Of a stretch of 64,000 nucleotides of DNA, positions 63,601 to 64,000 are shown one piece after another (within the stretch, counting starts at the first letter, position 1; every line of letters begins with the position of its first letter). Made by a program: the position numbers and the translations under genes. The stretch lies in assembly GCA_022813865.1 (NCBI GenBank), contig JALDZX010000006.1, positions 186,001 to 250,000 of the forward strand, in the 5' to 3' direction. This DNA is from Xylographa opegraphella (lineage: Eukaryota). The notes beneath the pieces were generated by a model. It ran no database searches and was not told where the DNA came from. It saw only the letters and a program-made list of their open reading frames with translations.

Positions 63601-64000
63601 TCGAGGTGATTGAATAGAGCGAAGTTGACAGAAGATTTGCTTTCATACGTAGCGAGCGGCTTTCCAAACGTTTCTTGTTTCTGTAGACCCGACAGCGTAC
63701 GGCACTATCAGCCACGCTCGTTGGATGTGGAAAGCACAGTCTAGCGATATTGTGTCAAGCACCAGCAATTGTTAGTCGTATTATGTTGGTTGCGAAGGCA
63801 GCCCGATCTACCGTCGAGACAATAACATTTGTTGGTCTCCTGCTGGCCAAGTCGAATCAATATTGTGGAAACGAGGGTTTGTCCCTTTCGGGTAATACCT
63901 GCGGTCACGTGCATCGGATTGAGTCACAGCCACCGATCGGTGTGGCTTATGGTGTCACAGATTCCCGGTGTGTTGTTCTAGAGTGCTTTCAAATCCAAGG

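Overview
Eukaryotic, intron-containing DNA from a filamentous ascomycete (Pezizomycotina; the lineage cannot be fixed from this window). Fourteen protein-coding genes can be traced through GT-AG introns of mostly about 50 nt: ERD1 (runs off the left edge), PEX10, RCY1, a hydrophobin, DGAT2/DGA1, CYP51, a Chk2/Cds1 kinase, STT4, a secreted A1 aspartic protease, a GCK-III STE20 kinase, an RRM+YTH protein, an Mn-type CDF transporter, a ~1,560 aa hypothetical protein and a C2H2 transcription factor. I found no RNA gene, CRISPR array, biosynthetic cluster or autonomous transposon, and cannot support a new multi-gene system. The best-supported extra signals are: a 107 bp MITE with 24 bp TIRs and an 8 bp target-site duplication upstream of the CDF gene; five co-oriented CCGAGG (FarA/CTF1-type) motifs in the ERD1-PEX10 promoter; a perfect CGG-N12-CCG (AtrR-type) element upstream of CYP51; abrupt GC-rich islands over gene 3' ends; an acidic Gly/Asp tail on the protease; and a long insertion in the YTH domain. 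Weaker signals are several decayed or orphan gene candidates. All calls rest on reading motifs by eye; no database searches were run.
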